A DNA stretch of 64,000 nt, from contig JAPSGB010000006.1 in assembly GCA_035063585.1 (NCBI GenBank), forward strand, positions 32,001 to 96,000, given 5' to 3'. This document shows, in pieces, positions 59,196 to 64,000 of the stretch (positions are counted from its first letter, which is position 1; every line of letters begins with the position of its first letter). The notes beneath the pieces were generated by a model, which saw only the letters and a list, made by a program, of their open reading frames with translations, had not been told where the DNA came from and ran no database searches. The position numbers were made by a program, and so were the translations under genes. This DNA is from Polyangiaceae bacterium. GTDB lineage: Bacteria > Myxococcota_A > Polyangia > Polyangiales > Polyangiaceae.

Positions 59196-59467
59196 CCCAC
59201 CTGCCCTCGCTGCTCACGCCCTACCTCATGCACAGCCTTCTACGACAGTTCATCGAAGCGTTCGGCGCGGCCGGTAGTCTCCGGATTCGACGTCACGCCC
59301 AGGTTGCGGTAAACCCGCGGCGGTCGTTGGGCGCACCCACCCGGAACCATGATCCTGGCGTTCAGTGCATCCCTGAGGGTGGCGAGTGGCAGCGGCTGCT
59401 CGTCGCAAACCACGCCGCGCGACGGCGACCGGCAAGGGCACGCGCGGCCGCCTGAGGAAGCGCAGCC

Positions 59468-60109
59468 ATGATGTGGCTGCCGGTGGGGATCACGCTGGTG
59501 GTGATGCTCATCGTCGCGGCAGCCTTCCTGAGCCAGGGGCGCAGCAATTGGGACTTGGGAGACCTGTCCCTGGTGCTGGTCATATCGGTGTACGTCACCG
59601 GGCTCAGCATCGGGTTTCTCGTCACGGCGTTCGCCTCGCCCACGCTCGAGACCTGGCCGTGGGCCATCGGCGTGCGCGCCGCTTGGCAGCTCGGCGGTAC
59701 GCTGCTCGTCCTCGCCCATATCTGGCGCTCCAAGGGCATGAGTTGGCGTCGCGGCGGCCGTCCCGCGTGGGCGTTGGCAGGTATCGCCTCCGCGCTGGGG
59801 CTCGCAGCCGCGTACAACCCCGTCCGCGATCTCGTGGCCGGTCCGGCCGTGTTGCGCGTGACCGACTTTGACGTGGCGCACGTGCGCGCGGTCTACCGCC
59901 GGGGCGGGCCGGGAGAGAGCATCTTCGCCACCATGCAGGCGAGCAGTCCCGATGGACGACCGCGCACGCTCGACTTGGCGGGCTGGGGCGCGAACACGGC
60001 AGAAGAGATGCTCGGTCAATGTGAGTCCCCGGTCGGGGCCACCGTGACCGTGCTCGCGCATGTGGAACGGGTGCTCGAGGTGCGTTGCCCTGACGGAGCG
60101 AACGAATAG
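59468..60109 (+). CDS. Hypothetical membrane protein (about 4 TM)
   Basis: Hydrophobic helices; GAGGA upstream. Confidence 0.6.
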   Translation: MMWLPVGITLVVMLIVAAAFLSQGRSNWDLGDLSLVLVISVYVTGLSIGFLVTAFASPTLETWPWAIGVRAAWQLGGTLLVLAHIWRSKGMSWRRGGRPAWALAGIASALGLAAAYNPVRDLVAGPAVLRVTDFDVAHVRAVYRRGGPGESIFATMQASSPDGRPRTLDLAGWGANTAEEMLGQCESPVGATVTVLAHVERVLEVRCPDGANE

Positions 60110-60502
60110 GGCACGGTGCCTGCTGCCGAGGGACACGCGTGCCCATCCGAACGCGATCGCCCGCGACCGGCAAGCGTAGTTCCAGCCCCCTTGATGAGCC
60201 CTTCCATAGCGGCTCCGCCGCGCGTGTGGCTCGGCGCGGGCTCCAAGCGTCCCGCACCGGAGGGATCGCCCGCGATGCTTCGCATCGAGCTAGCGCCAAT
60301 CGCCGACCTCGATGCTGAAGTAGGCTTCGTGCGGCCCGCAGCTAGCGTGGGATGGTTCAGGTAGGCGGCGCTCGATGAGCGCGGCCCGGAGGGCGTCGGG
60401 GCGAGGGCGCGGTCGTTGCTCGCGCTGGTCGTCTCGCGGAGCTTCCTCTTCTTGCCGCGGCGCCTGGTGGCGCGCGACGCTCGCCTGGTCTAGAACGCGG
60501 GC

Positions 60503-61174
60503 GTGAAGCTCACCCAGGCCGCGCAGCTCGCCTTCGTGCTGGTCGCGGCCGTGACCGTCTACTCGTTCGTCTCGACGGCGCGCGACGGCGAGCGGCGCCG
60601 CATCTGCACGCCGCTCTGTGCGCTGTCACCGACCTACGCGGGCGTGAACCGCACGGCACCCGATTTCGAGCTCACCTCGACCGATGGGGTCAAGGTTGCG
60701 CTCTCGAGCTATCGCGGCAAGGTCGTGCTCCTGAACTTCTGGACCAAGACCTGCGGCCCCTGCTTGAAGGAGCTGCCCTCCCTCGCCGAGCTCGGGCAGA
60801 TCCTGCGGAAGCGCGACGACATCGCGCTGCTCACGGTCTCCACGGACGAGAGCGCCGAGGACGTTCGCGCGACGCTCGCTTCGGTGCTCGGCTCCGAGCG
60901 GCCCGCGTTCGTGACGCTGGTGGATCCGGACGCCGCCGTGGTGCGAGAGCGCTTCGGAACGCGTCTATACCCGGAGACGTGGTTCATCGACGGCGAGGGC
61001 GTGATTCGAGCCCGAATCGACGGCGCGCGCGACTGGACGTCCGCGGCGGCGGTCGAGTTCGCCAAGAGCCTGAGGGATCCGCAGGCGTGCTCCATCGAGT
61101 ACTCGCGCGGCTCACCGGTCGGTGCCTTCGCCAGCCTGTGCCAGGACTACGGCGGTCAGCGGGGAGCACCATGA
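60503..61174 (+). CDS. TlpA-family disulfide reductase
   Basis: APDFEL, GKVVLLNFWTKTCGPC..ELP, YPETWFID. Confidence 0.9.
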   Translation: MKLTQAAQLAFVLVAAVTVYSFVSTARDGERRRICTPLCALSPTYAGVNRTAPDFELTSTDGVKVALSSYRGKVVLLNFWTKTCGPCLKELPSLAELGQILRKRDDIALLTVSTDESAEDVRATLASVLGSERPAFVTLVDPDAAVVRERFGTRLYPETWFIDGEGVIRARIDGARDWTSAAAVEFAKSLRDPQACSIEYSRGSPVGAFASLCQDYGGQRGAP

Positions 61175-61434
61175 AGACCATCGTCTGCCGCTGCGAAGAC
61201 GTGAGCCTCGACGAGCTCGAGCATGCGATCGAGCTCGGGTACACGGACATCGAGTCGCTCAAACGCTACACGGGGTTCGGGACGGGCTGGTGCCAGGGCA
61301 AGAGCTGCCTCGCGCAGTGCGCCCGCGAGCTGGCGGCGCGCGGCGGAGATCCCGCGCAAGGGTTCACCCCCCGACCGCCGTACCATCCGGCCACGTTGGC
61401 GGAGCTCGCGGGACTCGATCCGGACTGGGAGTGA
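61171..61434 (+). CDS. BFD-like (2Fe-2S)-binding protein
   Basis: VCRCEDV, LKRYT..G.CQG..C, RPP; ATGA overlap. Confidence 0.85.
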   Translation: MKTIVCRCEDVSLDELEHAIELGYTDIESLKRYTGFGTGWCQGKSCLAQCARELAARGGDPAQGFTPRPPYHPATLAELAGLDPDWE

Positions 61435-61454
61435 GCGCCCCCGCGCGAGGGATG

Positions 61455-61820
61455 TCAGGTCCCCTCGTATTCGCAGCGCGAATCGCACGTCTCGTGGACG
61501 GTGACCCGGACCAGCGACGGCAGCTTCGGCCGGAGCCGCTCCCAGACCCAGATCGCGAGGTTCTCACTGGTTGGGTTCGAGAGCCCTTCGACCTCGTTCA
61601 GATACCGGTGATCGAGCAGCTCGTGGAGCGGCTGCCACAGGTCGTCCACGTCCCCGAAGTCGATGAACCAGCCGGAGGTCTGATCGACCGGCCCCGCGAT
61701 CGTAAGGTCCACCTTGAAGCTGTGTCCGTGTAGCCTTTGGCACTTGTGCCCGGGCGGCACGCTCGGGAGGCGATGAGCCGCCTCGAACCTGTATTCCTTC
61801 ACGAGCCGGACGTTCGCCAC
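61455..61820 (-). CDS. queD: 6-carboxy-5,6,7,8-tetrahydropterin synthase
   Basis: FEAAHRL, KCQRLHGHS, DFGD, LDHRYLN, NPTSENLA. Confidence 0.95.
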   Translation of the reverse strand: MANVRLVKEYRFEAAHRLPSVPPGHKCQRLHGHSFKVDLTIAGPVDQTSGWFIDFGDVDDLWQPLHELLDHRYLNEVEGLSNPTSENLAIWVWERLRPKLPSLVRVTVHETCDSRCEYEGT

Positions 61821-61839
61821 GCCGCCAGGCTAGCACCGT

Positions 61840-63444
61840 TCAGCCGGGCAGCAGCACCCCGGGGTTCATCACGCCGGAGGGATCGAGCGCGCCCTTCGCC
61901 GCCGCGAGCGCGCTCGCGAAGAGCGCGGGTCGCTCACGCTCGTAGTAGGGCCGAACGTCGCGGCCCACCGCGTGGTGGTGCGTCACGGTCCCGCCGTGCT
62001 CGAGCATCGCGCCGGTGACGGCCGCCTTGATGACGTCCCACTGGGCGAGCTCGCGCCCCCGCTCGGCCGGCGCGATGACCGTGAAGTACGGGGCCGCGCC
62101 GTCGGGGTACGCGTGCGTGATGCGGCAGGTAACCAGCGCGCGAGGCGCGCCGGTCTCCCGCGCCGCTCGCGCGGCGGCCTCACGGACCGCCTCGTGCAGG
62201 CTCGCGAAGCGGTCCCAGGTGGTCGCCGTCTCGAAGGTGTCGATGAGGACGCCGAGCCGAACCAGCTCGTCGCGCAGGTAGGGCGCGCGCAGAAACGCGC
62301 TCCGCCAGGCGGCGGCGTCGCCGTCGCGCAGCTTCTCCTCGTGGCGACCGAGCCTCACCGCGCCCTCGGGGAGCTCCCCTCCGGCCTCGCGGCAGAGCTC
62401 GGCGGCGCGCTCGATGAAGGGCTCGAGCGGATGATCGGCGGACTCGAAGCCGACCAGGAGCACCGCGCGCTCCCCGCCGCCCGCGCCGTTCAACAGGGCC
62501 TCGAGCGGATCGACGAGGCGACAATTGGCAGGGTGAAGCCCCGACTGCGCGATACGCCTCACCGCCTCGGCGCCCGCGAGAAACTCGGGGAAGCGCGCGC
62601 TCAAGCTCGCGCGGAAGCGCGGGCGCTCGAACACCCGCATCCAGGCCTCGGTGATGACGCCCAAGATGCCCTCCGAACCGATGAAGAGCCGCTCCGGGCT
62701 CGGGCCCGCGCCGGACCCGGGGAGCCGCCGCGTCTCGATCGGACCCGCCGGCGTGAGCACTCGCAGCCCCTCGACGAGCTCGTCGATGTGCGTGTAGAGG
62801 GTGGCGAAATGCCCGCCGGAGCGGGTGGCGATCCACCCGCCGAGCGTCGAAAACTCGAACGACTGCGGGTAGTGCCGGAGCGAGAGGCCGTGCTCGCGGA
62901 GCTGGTCTTCGAGGATCGGCCCGAGCGCGCCCGCCTGAATGCGCGCCGCGCGGGAGACGCGATCCACCTCGAGCACGCGATCGAGCCGCGTGAGGTCGAG
63001 GCTCAGCGTTCCGGCGAAGGAAGGGCCGACCTTCGGCTCGACGCCGCCGCACACCGAGGACCCGCCTCCGAAGGGGATGACGGCGAGCCGCGCGTCCGCG
63101 GCAAAATCGAGGAGCCTCACCACGTCGTCCTCGCTACCGGGGAAAGCGACCAGGTCCGGGGGCTCGTCGAACGAGCGCGCGAGCGCCCGCACCACGTCAC
63201 GATACGATTTTCCGTAGCTGTGCGAGGCGCGTGAGAACGGATCGGTGCGGATGAGCCCCGCGAGCGAGGCGGGCGGCGTCACGCGAGGTGCGCGGAGCGC
63301 GAGCTCCTCGAGCCGTGGCACGGGCGCGCGCGCCACCTGCTCGAGCCCGAGCATCGGGGCGAGCCCGGCCTCGACGAGCGCGAGCTGAGTCGCGTCCGGT
63401 CCCGCGTCGTCGTAGCCCCAGCCCCAGAAGCGTCGCGTGCTCAC
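61840..63444 (-). CDS. FAD-binding oxidoreductase, alkyl-DHAP synthase-like
   Basis: FWGWG, PFGGGSSV, HYPQSFEFSTLGGWIATRSGG, GSEG, THHHAVG, MNPG. Confidence 0.88.
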   Translation of the reverse strand: MSTRRFWGWGYDDAGPDATQLALVEAGLAPMLGLEQVARAPVPRLEELALRAPRVTPPASLAGLIRTDPFSRASHSYGKSYRDVVRALARSFDEPPDLVAFPGSEDDVVRLLDFAADARLAVIPFGGGSSVCGGVEPKVGPSFAGTLSLDLTRLDRVLEVDRVSRAARIQAGALGPILEDQLREHGLSLRHYPQSFEFSTLGGWIATRSGGHFATLYTHIDELVEGLRVLTPAGPIETRRLPGSGAGPSPERLFIGSEGILGVITEAWMRVFERPRFRASLSARFPEFLAGAEAVRRIAQSGLHPANCRLVDPLEALLNGAGGGERAVLLVGFESADHPLEPFIERAAELCREAGGELPEGAVRLGRHEEKLRDGDAAAWRSAFLRAPYLRDELVRLGVLIDTFETATTWDRFASLHEAVREAAARAARETGAPRALVTCRITHAYPDGAAPYFTVIAPAERGRELAQWDVIKAAVTGAMLEHGGTVTHHHAVGRDVRPYYERERPALFASALAAAKGALDPSGVMNPGVLLPG

Positions 63445-63491
63445 GCCGCGAGTATCGTCTCGGGGGCTCCGCGCGGCAACGACCCGCGCGC

Positions 63492-63512
63492 GGTTCCGCG
63501 CCGGACCGACAT
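63492..63512 (+). repeat. Dispersed 21-nt REP-like element (21/21)
   Basis: Identical to the 24828 copy; intergenic. Confidence 0.75.
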
Positions 63513-63534
63513 CCCTACCGGAGCTCACTCTCGC

Positions 63535-63999
63535 TCACGGATACGCCGGCCCTACCGTGGCGTGCGCGGCGCCGAGCGCGCTCCGGAAGAACCCGACATA
63601 CTGCGCGTTCGCCTCGGGCGAGAAGATGAGCTCGCCGTGGGTCGCGAGCTTGCCGCCCTCGATCCGATCGAATTGCGAGACCACCATGGTCGCGCCGTTC
63701 GGGCCGTTGCCGGTGAGCGGCGCGCTCGCGACGGACATCCCCGAGATGGGATGAACCTCGTGCTCGAGCTGCATCCCGAACGCGCGCGCGAGCGCCTCGG
63801 TGGTCGAATTCGGCACGATGGAGTCGGCGTGGACCTCCTGCAGGAGCACGTCTCGCGGGGTCCACTCGGCCACGCCATCGAGCGGCTCGCCGGCCATGTA
63901 GCGCGCAAAATTCAGCGGATCGCCCGGATCGACGATCGCCTGGGTCGCGGCCATGAAGCGCGCCACCGCGCCATAGGGAGTTCCCGGTGGAACAAATCC
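63535..63999 (-). CDS. C-terminal part of alpha/beta-hydrolase-like protein (runs off window edge)
   Basis: Frame open to edge; DPGDPLNFA..VLLQE..DSIVPN..ALARA..H, similar in pattern to 28080-30149. Confidence 0.6.
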   Translation of the reverse strand, partial: GFVPPGTPYGAVARFMAATQAIVDPGDPLNFARYMAGEPLDGVAEWTPRDVLLQEVHADSIVPNSTTEALARAFGMQLEHEVHPISGMSVASAPLTGNGPNGATMVVSQFDRIEGGKLATHGELIFSPEANAQYVGFFRSALGAAHATVGPAYP

Positions 64000-64000
64000 C

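Noticed and set aside
60290..60460. Short minus-strand frame ending EAYFSIEVGDWR
   Set aside because: No clear start codon or recognisable family

Overview
High-GC (roughly 70-75% by eye) bacterial chromosomal segment, most likely from a myxobacterium (Myxococcota, probably Polyangiales). This rests on MYXO-CTERM-type sorting tails, many Gly/Ser-linker lipoproteins, DUF4388 signalling proteins and Cys-rich secreted proteins. About 55 genes or gene remnants are present. Housekeeping genes include dapF, a leuB-type dehydrogenase, gltA, fpr, pit with DUF47, ettA, pntAB, queD and a TIGR03960/TIGR03936 radical SAM fusion. There is also a signalling cluster built largely from degenerate domains (4-13 kb), a block of secreted/surface proteins (18.5-24.8 kb), a probable sigma54-driven operon with a tetraheme cytochrome c (41-43 kb), and a decayed accessory patch (55.7-60.4 kb: IS4 remnant, broken AbiEii-like TA module, Cys-rich gene remnant). 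I saw no rRNA, tRNA, CRISPR array or prophage. The most notable unexplained features are: (1) a dispersed 21-nt REP-like hairpin (GGTTCCGCGCCGGACCGACAT), about a dozen copies, intergenic and inside coding linkers, twice as inverted doublets; (2) repeated TANNNT boxes 6-10 nt before start codons lacking a Shine-Dalgarno, suggesting leaderless or near-leaderless mRNAs; (3) several apparent pseudo-enzymes (PrsW, GGDEF, small-GTPase-like, sulfatase). Family assignments come from motif recognition by eye, not database searches.
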